From an uncultured Dehalococcoidia bacterium (GTDB lineage Bacteria > Chloroflexota > Dehalococcoidia > DSTF01 > JACRBR01), in contig CAYWOO010000056.1 in NCBI GenBank assembly GCA_964458665.1, forward strand, positions 10,821 to 74,820: a DNA stretch of 64,000 bases, read 5' to 3'. A program made the translations under genes and the position numbers. The notes beneath the pieces were generated by a model. That model saw nothing but the letters and a program-made list of their open reading frames with translations. It was not told the origin of the DNA and made no database searches. Position 1 is the stretch's first letter, and every line of letters starts with the position of its first letter. Shown piece by piece: positions 29,088-38,438 of this stretch.

Positions 29088-30824
29088 TTATGTCAGGATG
29101 CGCACGATGCCGGCGTCGCCGTCCACCTCTACGCGCTGGCCGTCGCGAATGACCTGCGTCGCGTTGCCAGTCGCAACGACGGCCGGAATGCCGTACTCGC
29201 GCGCGATGATCGCGGGGTGCGAGAGGACGCCGCCGGTGTCGGTCACCAGCGCACTCACCTTCGTGAACAGGATGGACCAGACGGGCGATGTAATCGGGCA
29301 GACCAGCACGTCATCCGGCTGCAGCTTGTCGAACTCATGCTCGCCCATCACGATGCGCGCAATGCCGCTGCGCTTGCCCTTCGCGGCGGCGCGGCCGCGG
29401 ATCTCCGACGCGCCTGCTGCCGTGTGTACGCTGCTCTGCTCCGCCTCGAACACCTTCTCCTGCACGTACATCATCACTTCCATCACCTCGCGCGCCTCGC
29501 GCGGCAAGATGCTGAGGGGCGGCGCCGGCGGCTCATCGCCGTACGTCGCAGGCGGAACGAACGCCTCGGCGACCGCGAACGCGGAGCGGCGCTGGATGAC
29601 CCGTTCCGTAAACGCGTCCGAAGAAACGCGCAGTGCCGCGATCGCCTCGTCCCACCGGAGAAAGAAGACGTCGTCGAGCTGCGCGATGGAGTCGGACGCT
29701 ACGAGCCTTCGCGCTGCTTCCAGCGCGGCGAAACGACACAGCGCGAGCGGCACGCTGACTGTGTAGAACTCGTTGTCCTCGCGCACCGGATACACGCGTT
29801 CTGCCTCAGCCAACAGCGCTAGGAACTCGGCGCGGCGGGCGTCATCGGGCAATGCCGCAACCGCTTGTTCCTTCGCCGATGCGCGCGCCTGTGCCAGCGC
29901 CTCCTGGTCGGCCCGCATGTCCGATGGTCGGCGTAGTTGATCCTGCAGCAACTGCCCGACGAGGTGCGGCGTCTCCCCGAGCGTCGGTTCGACGACTTCG
30001 TAGCGAAGGGCGCGGCAACCGTAGTCGCTGATGTACTGCGCGAACGCCGCTGCCGCCGTGCCGCCGGCACGCGCGATGGTCGATGCCACGTCGGCCGGTT
30101 GCGCCTGTAGCAGGGCCGCACGCAGCGCACCGTCGCCGCGAAGACGGTCGGCGAGCTGCGCGAGGGCCGCTGCGGGCGCGCTGGACGCTTCCGAAAGGCC
30201 AGACATTAGCGACAGGGTCTGCAAATCGCTGTACGCCAGATGGTCGCGACAGAAGAACGCGAGCCGCGCCAGCGGGAAGCCGTTGGCGCCGCTGAGATAG
30301 AAGTGGACGTCGAACGCCTCGAACAGCCATGTCCGCAGGGACTCCAGATGATCCGCCAGGTCGCTGTTCGTGAACGGTGCCAGATCGATCGCGCGCAGCC
30401 GGGCGATGTCGGCGATGTAGCGCGGCCTCCACTCGTTGAACCACCGATCGATGAGCTGCTGGTCGAGACGCTCTGCCCTCGCCTTCTTGCCTACTGCTAT
30501 TCGCTTTCGAAACGCAGGATGCAGCCGCACGGCGAGCCAGAGCAGTGGCTTTGGCGGCATGCGACCGGCGCCGCCATTGGGCGCACCGAACGGTTTCAGG
30601 TGGTTGTAGACGTAGCCGCGGATCTCCGTATATTCGAGCGCTTCGATGAGCAGTCCAAAGTCGGCGAAAACCTTCCGGAAGGATTTGTCCACGCCTTCGA
30701 TGAACAGGCTCGAACCCATCGGCGTCAGGGGGCGCGGGTTGTGGCTGGCCTCGCGCTGCCAGTAGCCGGCGGGGATGGCCTGCTGGTCGCTCACGGCTGG
30801 CTGGTTGCTGGTTGTGGATGTCAT
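29088..30824 (-). CDS. PEP-utilizing-enzyme mobile (swivel phosphohistidine) domain protein; rifampicin-phosphotransferase/PpsA-like but lacking an ATP-grasp domain
   Basis: C-terminal LVCPITSPVWSILFTKVSALVTDTGGVLSHPAIIAREYGIPAVVATGNAT swivel domain with a conserved His. A roughly 440-aa N-terminal domain of unknown function. Confidence 0.75.
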   Translation of the reverse strand: MTSTTSNQPAVSDQQAIPAGYWQREASHNPRPLTPMGSSLFIEGVDKSFRKVFADFGLLIEALEYTEIRGYVYNHLKPFGAPNGGAGRMPPKPLLWLAVRLHPAFRKRIAVGKKARAERLDQQLIDRWFNEWRPRYIADIARLRAIDLAPFTNSDLADHLESLRTWLFEAFDVHFYLSGANGFPLARLAFFCRDHLAYSDLQTLSLMSGLSEASSAPAAALAQLADRLRGDGALRAALLQAQPADVASTIARAGGTAAAAFAQYISDYGCRALRYEVVEPTLGETPHLVGQLLQDQLRRPSDMRADQEALAQARASAKEQAVAALPDDARRAEFLALLAEAERVYPVREDNEFYTVSVPLALCRFAALEAARRLVASDSIAQLDDVFFLRWDEAIAALRVSSDAFTERVIQRRSAFAVAEAFVPPATYGDEPPAPPLSILPREAREVMEVMMYVQEKVFEAEQSSVHTAAGASEIRGRAAAKGKRSGIARIVMGEHEFDKLQPDDVLVCPITSPVWSILFTKVSALVTDTGGVLSHPAIIAREYGIPAVVATGNATQVIRDGQRVEVDGDAGIVRILT

Positions 30825-30909
30825 GGTGTGGAGAGCTTATTGCGCGACGGGCGTCAGGGCCAGCGCGCGGAACCACAAACTAAGAACCACGAACAACGAA
30901 CTCCCGCGC

Positions 30910-32166
30910 CTACCCCATCAGGTGCCCCATCTTGGTGCGCTTCGTTTCGAGGTAGCGGACGTTGTGCTCGTTGGGCTTCGCATGCACGGGGACGCGTTCG
31001 ACAACGTGCAGGCCGTACCCTTCCAGGCCGGCGCGCTTCTCCGGGTTATTCGTGAGTAATCGCAACTTGGAGAGCCCGAGGTCGACCAGAATCTGCATGC
31101 CGATGCCGTAGTCGCGGCGGTCCGCCGGGAAGCCGAGCGCCTCGTTGGCCTCGACCGTATCCATGCCCCCGTCCTGCAGCTTGTACGCCTTGATCTTGTT
31201 GTGCAGGCCGATGCCGCGGCCCTCCTGGCGCATGTAGACGATGACACCCTTGCCCGTCTCGGCGATCATCTTCATCGCCATCCGGAGTTGCTCGCCGCAG
31301 TCGCAGCGCTGCGATCCGAAGACGTCGCCCGTGACGCACTGACTGTGCACGCGCACCAGTGTCGGCTCATCCGTCGCGACATCGCCGTACACCAGCGCGA
31401 TGTGCTCGTCAGGGTCGGTCAGCGCGCGGTAGGCCACGCACTCCCATTCGCCGAATTCGGTCGGAAGCTTCGTCTCGGCGACGCGGCGCACCAGCTTTTC
31501 CTTGTGCATGCGGTACTGGATCAGCTGCGTGACGGAGATGATCTTCAGGTTGTGTCGCTTCGCGAACCGTTTGAGCTGCGGCAGTCGCGACATCGATCCG
31601 TCCTGGTTCATCACCTCACAGAGCACGCCGGCCGGGTAGAGCCCCGCCAGCTTGCACAGGTCGACCGTCGCTTCCGTCTGGCCGGCGCGCACCAGCACGC
31701 CGCCATCGCGCGCGCGCAACGGGAAGACGTGCCCGGGCATCACCAGGTCGCTCGGTCGCGTTTTCGGGTCGATCAGCACCTGCGTGGTGCGTGCCCGATC
31801 CGCTGCCGAGATACCCGTCGTCACGCCGGCGCGCGCCTCGACCGAAACCGAGAACGGCGTCCCGAAATGTGAGTCGTTGTGCGTCACCATCATGGGGATG
31901 TGGAGGTGTTCCAGGCGCTCCTGCGTCATCGGCGCGCAGATAAGGCCGCGGCCGTAGCGTGCCATGAAGTTGATCGCTTCCGGCGTGGCGAACTGTGCCG
32001 GAATCGTCAGGTCGCCTTCGTTCTCGCGCTCTTCGTCGTCGATGATGATGACGAAGCGTCCGTTACGGAACTCCTCGATCGCTTCTTCGATGGTCGCGAG
32101 GCCCTTGGAGCGGCGAACTTCCTTGTCTGAAATCTGCGGCAGTTCGGGTTGCATGTGGTTCCTCAC
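30910..32166 (-). CDS. ribBA: Bifunctional 3,4-dihydroxy-2-butanone-4-phosphate synthase / GTP cyclohydrolase II
   Basis: RENEGDL and DHBP synthase motifs in the N-terminal half. CDCGEQL...GRGIGL GTP cyclohydrolase II motifs in the C-terminal half. Confidence 0.9.
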   Translation of the reverse strand: MRNHMQPELPQISDKEVRRSKGLATIEEAIEEFRNGRFVIIIDDEERENEGDLTIPAQFATPEAINFMARYGRGLICAPMTQERLEHLHIPMMVTHNDSHFGTPFSVSVEARAGVTTGISAADRARTTQVLIDPKTRPSDLVMPGHVFPLRARDGGVLVRAGQTEATVDLCKLAGLYPAGVLCEVMNQDGSMSRLPQLKRFAKRHNLKIISVTQLIQYRMHKEKLVRRVAETKLPTEFGEWECVAYRALTDPDEHIALVYGDVATDEPTLVRVHSQCVTGDVFGSQRCDCGEQLRMAMKMIAETGKGVIVYMRQEGRGIGLHNKIKAYKLQDGGMDTVEANEALGFPADRRDYGIGMQILVDLGLSKLRLLTNNPEKRAGLEGYGLHVVERVPVHAKPNEHNVRYLETKRTKMGHLMG

Positions 32167-32183
32167 CCCGGTCCGGGATAGAA

Positions 32184-32786
32184 CTACGGCGTCACGGTCG
32201 CGATGACGCGCCGATCCTCGAGCATGGCTTCGACGTAACGGGCAAAGATGTCGCTCTCGAGATTGACGCGATCGCCGGGTCCCTTGGTGTGCAGGTTGGT
32301 GTGGTCCTGCGTGTACTGCACAAGCGAGACCGAGAACGAGTGGTCGTCCTTCGCCATCACCGTCAGGCTGATGCCGTCGATGGCGACCGGGCCTTTCATC
32401 ACGATGTAGCGCAGAATCTCCGGCGACGCGTTGACGCGCAGGATGATCGCGTCGCCCTCCGCCGTGAACGAATCGATCGTGCCCGTTTCCTCGACGACGC
32501 CGCGCACGAGATGGCCGCTGATACGCCCGGCGAGTTGCAGCGACCGTTCAAGGTTCACGAGATCCCCGACCTTGAGGTCGCCGAGGTTGCTGCGGCGGTA
32601 GGTCTCCGGCATGACGTTGGCGATGAAGCCTTCCTCGTCGAAGTACTTGGCCGTGAGGTCGACGCCGTTGACCGAGATGCTATCGCCGAGGTTCGTGCCC
32701 CAGAGCACGACCTTCGCTTTGATCACGATTTCGCCTTCGACGTTGGAGCTGATGGTGCCGAGCTCTTCGATGATGCCGGTGAACAT
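32184..32786 (-). CDS. ribE: Riboflavin synthase alpha chain
   Basis: [12 protein letters not shown]... and a repeated SLTV-type lumazine-binding half-domain. Confidence 0.9.
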   Translation of the reverse strand: MFTGIIEELGTISSNVEGEIVIKAKVVLWGTNLGDSISVNGVDLTAKYFDEEGFIANVMPETYRRSNLGDLKVGDLVNLERSLQLAGRISGHLVRGVVEETGTIDSFTAEGDAIILRVNASPEILRYIVMKGPVAIDGISLTVMAKDDHSFSVSLVQYTQDHTNLHTKGPGDRVNLESDIFARYVEAMLEDRRVIATVTP

Positions 32787-33005
32787 CGTTTCCTCCGAGC
32801 GGGGGGACTTGGTGTCACCTTAACACTAAGTCCACATAGCGTCAATCATCCCGACCGCAGGCTGACGAAAGCGCAGCGTTCGAGCTTCGCATTGCGAAAT
32901 CCGTCGCCATCGGGCAAAAGCGACCAGATCGGTCGGTGCTCGGGAACGCTCAAGTGTACCGCCGTCACTTGCAAGCCGGGCATCGTCGTCAATATGATCG
33001 CCCGG

Positions 33006-34091
33006 CTACACGTATCCGACGAACGCCACGTCCGCGCCCAGGCGCAGCACCTCGATATCGCGCAGCGTCACGGCATCCGCCATGCGCGCGACGCCCGCGC
33101 CGGCAACGGCGGGGTACGCACTGCCACCGACGATCTTCGGCGCGATGATCGCGTGTACTTTGTCGACCAGCCCGGCACCAAAGAAGCTGCCGTGCAACAC
33201 GCCGCCGCCCTCGACGAGCAGCGACAGTACTCCGCGCTCACCGAGCACGCGCAAGAGCGCGCCAATGTCGACGTGGCCCTGCGCATCCGCCGGGAGCACG
33301 CACACCTCTGCGCCAGCGGCCGTGATCGCGTCGCGCCAGGCCTGCGGCGAGGCGTCCGTCGTCGCAATGAGCGTCTGGCCGCCGGGGCCGAGCACCTTCG
33401 CTTTCGGCGGCGTGCGGCCGCGCGAATCGGCGACGATGCGCAGCGGCTGGCGCTCGGCCATCACGCCGCCGGGGCGCGACGTGAGCTGAGGATCGTCGAG
33501 CAGCACATTGTTGACGCCACACATGATCGCGTCGACCCGCGTGCGGAAGCCGTGTGCCCAGGCGCGCGCTTCTTCGCCCGCCACCCATCGGGAATCGCCG
33601 CTCGATGCCGCGATCTTGCCGTCAAGCGTCGCCGCGAACTTCGCGATGACGAACGGAACACCCGTCGTGCTGTGCTTGACGTACGCTTCGAGCAGCTTTG
33701 CCGCTTCCGCCGCACCATCACCAATGTCGACAGTCACGAGCGCCGAGCGCAGTGCCTTGACGCCGCGACCTGAGACCCTTGGATTCGGATCGAGCATCGT
33801 AATGCGGACGTTCGTCACTCCCGCCTCGATCAGCGCGTCGGTGCAGGGCGGCGTGCGCCCCTGGTGGGCGTGCGGCTCGAGCGTGACGTACACGTCGGCC
33901 CCCCGCGCGGCATTGCCCGCCTGGCGTAGCGCCATGACCTCAGCGTGCGCACCGCCGACGGGTTGCGTGGCGCCCTCACCGACGATGCGTCCGTCGCGCA
34001 CGATCACGCATCCCACACTCGGGTTCGGGCTCGTCGAGCCGAGCACGCCGTCCGCGAGTTCGAGCGCGCGCAACATGTGTGGTGTAGTCAT
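33006..34091 (-). CDS. ribD: Bifunctional diaminohydroxyphosphoribosylaminopyrimidine deaminase / 5-amino-6-(5-phosphoribosylamino)uracil reductase
   Basis: HAEVMAL...PCTDAL deaminase zinc motif and a C-terminal reductase domain. Start ATG overlaps the stop of the upstream GT4 gene. Confidence 0.9.
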   Translation of the reverse strand: MTTPHMLRALELADGVLGSTSPNPSVGCVIVRDGRIVGEGATQPVGGAHAEVMALRQAGNAARGADVYVTLEPHAHQGRTPPCTDALIEAGVTNVRITMLDPNPRVSGRGVKALRSALVTVDIGDGAAEAAKLLEAYVKHSTTGVPFVIAKFAATLDGKIAASSGDSRWVAGEEARAWAHGFRTRVDAIMCGVNNVLLDDPQLTSRPGGVMAERQPLRIVADSRGRTPPKAKVLGPGGQTLIATTDASPQAWRDAITAAGAEVCVLPADAQGHVDIGALLRVLGERGVLSLLVEGGGVLHGSFFGAGLVDKVHAIIAPKIVGGSAYPAVAGAGVARMADAVTLRDIEVLRLGADVAFVGYV

Positions 34092-35290
34092 GAGTGAAGG
34101 ATATCTGGCTTGCGACGGGCTAACTGCCGGTACAGCGCTTCCATCTTCGCCATCTCGTTCTCGTTGAGGCCACGCTCGTCGACGATCGCCCGGTTGCGTG
34201 CCGCTGCGGCGCGCCGAAGCTCGGGCTGGGCGAGGACCCGCTCGATGCGTTCGGCGAGGATCTCGGGGCGGTGCAGCGGCACGAGGAACCCGTTGACGCC
34301 ATCTTTAATCAACTCGCGCTGCGTCGGCAGGTCCGCGACGATCGGGAAGCAGCCGGCCGCCATCGCCTGAAGCAGCGCGACCGATGTCCCATCCGACGAC
34401 GGCACCGACACGAACACGTGTGCCTCTGTCATCGCATCCCGCAGCGCTGTGCGGTCGACGAAGCCGATGAACTCGATGCGGCCCGCGCTGGACGCCGCGC
34501 GTCGCGAAAGCTCCGCTGACTGCGAGCCGCCGTGCGCAACGATCAGCCGCACACCGGGCCGCGCGCGCACGATGTGCTCATACGCGTCGATGATCTCACC
34601 GATGTTGTAGAGCGCCTCATGCGCTCGCGTGCTCAGGACCGTCGGCGTGCGCGGCAGATCGGTCATGCGGACGTTGACCGATTCGGCGTGGCGTTCGAGG
34701 AAGAGGCGATCCGCGCCGAGCCTGATCAGATGAACCTTCACCCGTGCGGCGCCGAGCGTAACGATACGGTCTGCCATATGCGCGTTGTTCGATGTGACGA
34801 GATCGGCGCGTCCGAGCGTCCACCTCGCGATGAGCTTCGACACGGGATCGCGCCGTGGCTCGATCAGCACGTCGGACCCCCAGGCCGTCACAACGTACGG
34901 GTGGAAATCCGCCAGCGCACCATAGAACCCGTGTTCAACCAGGAAGTGCCCGTGAAACACGTCCGGTCGAATCTCGCGCACCACGCGTTGCAAGCCCGCC
35001 GCGCGATAGCGCAGGCCGTGGGCGAGGCGAACGATGCCGCGCGCGCGCGTCATTGGTCGCTCGTCAGCGGCCGCGCGTGCGCTGCCTGGCCGTGCCGCTC
35101 GTGCACCAGGTTTCAGTACGTGCAGCGCGACGCCATCGAGCGGCGCCAGCGGCGGGTAGTACGAGATCGCGTGCACGTCGTGCTCGCGCTCGACAAACCA
35201 TCGAAGCCACGAGCGCGTGTGTACGCCGTCAAAGTCGCCAAGGACGGCGATTCGCAGGCGCTGCTCCGCCGCGACGGGTTCGACGTCCAT
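34088..35290 (-). CDS. Glycosyltransferase family 4
   Basis: GTSVALLQAMAAGCFPIVADLP (E/GxxGxxxLEAMAxG-type) motif. Start MDVEP is 2 nt after the upstream stop. Confidence 0.8.
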   Translation of the reverse strand: MDVEPVAAEQRLRIAVLGDFDGVHTRSWLRWFVEREHDVHAISYYPPLAPLDGVALHVLKPGARAARPGSARAAADERPMTRARGIVRLAHGLRYRAAGLQRVVREIRPDVFHGHFLVEHGFYGALADFHPYVVTAWGSDVLIEPRRDPVSKLIARWTLGRADLVTSNNAHMADRIVTLGAARVKVHLIRLGADRLFLERHAESVNVRMTDLPRTPTVLSTRAHEALYNIGEIIDAYEHIVRARPGVRLIVAHGGSQSAELSRRAASSAGRIEFIGFVDRTALRDAMTEAHVFVSVPSSDGTSVALLQAMAAGCFPIVADLPTQRELIKDGVNGFLVPLHRPEILAERIERVLAQPELRRAAAARNRAIVDERGLNENEMAKMEALYRQLARRKPDILHS

Positions 35291-35292
35291 GC

Positions 35293-36702
35293 TCACCCGC
35301 CGCGTCCGCGCGGTGTAGCAGCCGTCGTCGTTGCGGCGGCCGATGACTCGCGGCGCGAGACCCACGCTATGACGCCGCGCAGCGCATCCGTGTACAAGCG
35401 CGCATCAGACGGACGCGGTATCACTGCTTCGAGCACCGGCTGCCCGGAGATGCGGCGATACGCGTAGAGCGCCGCACCAAGATGCGCCGCGTACGCGATC
35501 GAAGACGCTGCGGCCGCGCCGTTCACGCCGAACGGCGGTACGAGCGCGACGAGCGCGACGAGCGTCACGACGAGTGACGCAGTTGTGATCATCGTGTTCA
35601 CGAGCGGACGGCCCTGGCTGAAGATGTAGCTCGTGAGCACCTTCGAACCGGCTAGCGCTACGGTTCCGGGAAGGAGCAGCCAGAGCGCCGTCACCACGCC
35701 GTCGTAGGCGTCGCCGAAGAGCGCCGGCAGCAGCAGCGGCGCGATGACCGCGAGCGCACCGGCTGCCGCGGCCGCGATGAGGATCGTGTTGCGCGCAGCG
35801 ACCGGCGCCATCCAACGCGCATCGTCGACATCCGCCGATGTGAGACGCGGCTGCAAAACGATTGCGACGGCGTTGGCGACCATCCACACGGCTTCGGTCA
35901 TCGACGCCGCGACTGCGTAGATGCCGACACCCGCCAGCCCGACGAATGCCCGGACGAGATACTGGTCCAGGCGATAGTTCATCAATTGCAGGATGTTGCC
36001 CGCCTCGCCCTGCACCCCGAAGCGGGCGAGCTTGCGCAAGACAGCCCAGCGCGGGCGGACGATGTGCGCCAGATTGACATTGGCGACGCCGAGGAGGATG
36101 AGCGAAGCGAGCGCGGTCGCGCCGTTTGACGCGATCCAGAACGCCACCATGCGGGCGGGCGATGGGTCGCCGAGGCGATAGTCAGCGGCGACGAGCGCCA
36201 ACATCACAACCGGCTGCACAATCGTCGCGAAGCCCATCGCCACGAAACGGCTGAGTGCCTGCAGCAGCACGCGCAGCGCCGACGCGTAGATCAGCATCGG
36301 CACGGCGACGATGAGCAGCCACGGGGAGATGTGCTCGCCAAGTACGCTGTCGCCGGCCCACGGCGCGATCGCACCAACGATTCCCGCCGTGATCGCGAGC
36401 GCTCCGAGCGCCACAACGTGCGCCGCGCTCATCACGTCCCGCAACGCCAGCTCGCGCTTGTTGATGAAGTACAGGGCGGCGTTGCCGAAACCGATGCCCA
36501 GCACCATCTGTACTATCGCGGTCGACACGATGAACAGCGAAAACGCGCCGCGCCCGCCGGGGCCAAGGGCGCGCGCCACCAGCACGCCCGCCGCGAACGA
36601 TAGCGCCCCGTCGAGCACATACGTGAACATAACAATGTTCACGTGTCCGAGAAACGAGCCTTGTGGAGCTTCGAAAGGGCGCTCCGCCTCAAATTCATGC
36701 AT
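35293..36702 (-). CDS. Polysaccharide biosynthesis protein / oligosaccharide flippase (MOP/Wzx-like)
   Basis: About 12 predicted TM helices with typical Wzx-like hydrophobic periodicity. Start uncertain. Confidence 0.75.
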   Translation of the reverse strand: MHEFEAERPFEAPQGSFLGHVNIVMFTYVLDGALSFAAGVLVARALGPGGRGAFSLFIVSTAIVQMVLGIGFGNAALYFINKRELALRDVMSAAHVVALGALAITAGIVGAIAPWAGDSVLGEHISPWLLIVAVPMLIYASALRVLLQALSRFVAMGFATIVQPVVMLALVAADYRLGDPSPARMVAFWIASNGATALASLILLGVANVNLAHIVRPRWAVLRKLARFGVQGEAGNILQLMNYRLDQYLVRAFVGLAGVGIYAVAASMTEAVWMVANAVAIVLQPRLTSADVDDARWMAPVAARNTILIAAAAAGALAVIAPLLLPALFGDAYDGVVTALWLLLPGTVALAGSKVLTSYIFSQGRPLVNTMITTASLVVTLVALVALVPPFGVNGAAAASSIAYAAHLGAALYAYRRISGQPVLEAVIPRPSDARLYTDALRGVIAWVSRRESSAAATTTAATPRGRGG

Positions 36703-36726
36703 CGGCTGGATTGTATCCGCTTGGGA

Positions 36727-38364
36727 TTACTGCGGCGGCGGAACCGTGCGGGGCCCGGTGAGCCGGGTGATGATGTTCTCGGTGAGCTTCTTCAGGCGGT
36801 CGTCCGCGAACGCGCCGTAGCCCTCGTGGCCGTAGTCATCGAGGCCCCAACTCCAGGCAATCGTGCCGGCGGCGAACACGGTCGCGCCGCTCGCCGTCGT
36901 ATGCACGGCTGAGATGGACGTATCGGTGCCCAGGAAGCCGTTGACGGGAGAGCTGCCGACGACGGTGAGCCCCTCGGGGCGCTTGTCGGCGGGCGCCATG
37001 TGGTCGTACTCATAGCCGACGATGCCGGGGAACTCGTCGCCCTCCTCGATGCCGGTACCGGCGAAGATCCACGTATCCACATTCACCGGCTTCCACGCGA
37101 TGTAGTCGGGTTGCGTGTTCGATCCGTACGCGAGGCCCGAAAGCATGCTTTGCGGCCGGCTCACCGGCGGATCCGCGAACAGCACGGTCGCTTCTTTCGG
37201 GTTGTCCCGCGCCTCGGGGTCCAGCGATGCGTCCTTGTATACGGTCAGCACGCGCGCCTTCTCACCCGCTGACGACGATTCGATCCGGCTCTGCCAGTAG
37301 CACTCGTTGCCACTGAAGAACGCGATGTTCACGCCGCGGTCGCGCGCCTCCTCGACCGCATCGCGCTGCTGCTTCGACCAGTACTCGTCGTGGCCCAGCG
37401 AGACGAACAGCCGATGCCGCTTCAGCGTGTCGCCGCGCAGATGCACGTCGACGTTCGTCGTGTACGTCATGTCGAAGCCCATCGATTCGGCCCAGCGGAC
37501 AAAGTTGTACTCCCAGCGGAAGAATTCGCCGGCGCCGAGCTGCATCTTGTCGTTGATGTTGACGTCGTACGGGCGATCGTAGGACAACCGGTACGCACGT
37601 CGCGTCTTCTCGATGTAGCGCCGGTCCGCGCCGAATGATCCGTAGGCGCTCGCATCGCCCCAGACGTTGTATGCCTGCCACGTGTTCGTCGATGCCTGCA
37701 CGATGACCGGCGCGCTGGAATCGTCGTCACGAACGACGAACACGGCATAGACGGACGTGTCCGTCTTGATCTCGTGCAGCTTTACGAGATAGTAGCCGCT
37801 CACCCAGTCATCCGCGATCCTGATCTGCAGGCTGCGCTTCCAGTTGCACTCGATGAGCAGCGTGTCCGGGTCGACCTTGCACGTCGTGCACTCCTGCACG
37901 CCGCGCAGCGGATCCCATCGGCCTTGATTCTCGCCGTCGATGTTCTTGATCGATCGGACATTGCGCCCGCCGACGCCGCCGTACCAGCCCATGCGGTAGA
38001 CGTCGGCCTCGTACTTCGCGCCGTCCGTCATCGTGCTGACGTGTACGTCCAGCGTGTCGCCACGCTGGACGCTGACCTGCCCGCAATACGCGGTGATCTC
38101 GCCGATCAGCGCCGGGCGGGCGATCTTCCAGCCGTCGTCGCCGGCGAGTTGGTTCTCCTCCGCGATCGTCCGAACGCTACGCTCGGGCGTGCTCGTCGCC
38201 CGCGGACTTCCGGGCGAGCTGAACGGCGTCTTGTCGTCGCCTCCGCACGTCGCGGCCACGAGACCGGCGCCGAAGACGCCGAGCAGAAATCGCCTGCGAT
38301 CCACGCGCGCGAGTAGGGAGGGCGGAGCCTGGGAGGAAGCGTCGTCGATGCCGTCCATGCCCAT
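36727..38364 (-). CDS. Tat-secreted (lipo)protein, possibly N,N-dimethylformamidase beta-subunit-like family
   Basis: RRRFLLGVFGAGLVAATCGG twin-arginine signal with Cys. LFVSLGHDEYWS and IAFFSGNECYW motifs. Family call from memory only. Confidence 0.5.
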   Translation of the reverse strand: MGMDGIDDASSQAPPSLLARVDRRRFLLGVFGAGLVAATCGGDDKTPFSSPGSPRATSTPERSVRTIAEENQLAGDDGWKIARPALIGEITAYCGQVSVQRGDTLDVHVSTMTDGAKYEADVYRMGWYGGVGGRNVRSIKNIDGENQGRWDPLRGVQECTTCKVDPDTLLIECNWKRSLQIRIADDWVSGYYLVKLHEIKTDTSVYAVFVVRDDDSSAPVIVQASTNTWQAYNVWGDASAYGSFGADRRYIEKTRRAYRLSYDRPYDVNINDKMQLGAGEFFRWEYNFVRWAESMGFDMTYTTNVDVHLRGDTLKRHRLFVSLGHDEYWSKQQRDAVEEARDRGVNIAFFSGNECYWQSRIESSSAGEKARVLTVYKDASLDPEARDNPKEATVLFADPPVSRPQSMLSGLAYGSNTQPDYIAWKPVNVDTWIFAGTGIEEGDEFPGIVGYEYDHMAPADKRPEGLTVVGSSPVNGFLGTDTSISAVHTTASGATVFAAGTIAWSWGLDDYGHEGYGAFADDRLKKLTENIITRLTGPRTVPPPQ

Positions 38365-38438
38365 GCGTTGTAGCAGATTCGCCGTTCGAGCGTACGCGCG
38401 ACGTGCACCGGCACGGAGGTGCCGCTTCGAGTGTTGCG

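Noticed and set aside
32787-33005. Possible FMN riboswitch between ribD and ribE
   Set aside because: Only a partial resemblance (GACGGCGGTA vs the RFN ACCGGCGGTA core). I could not identify the full P1-P6 architecture by eye. Left as a hypothesis in the findings, not as a feature.
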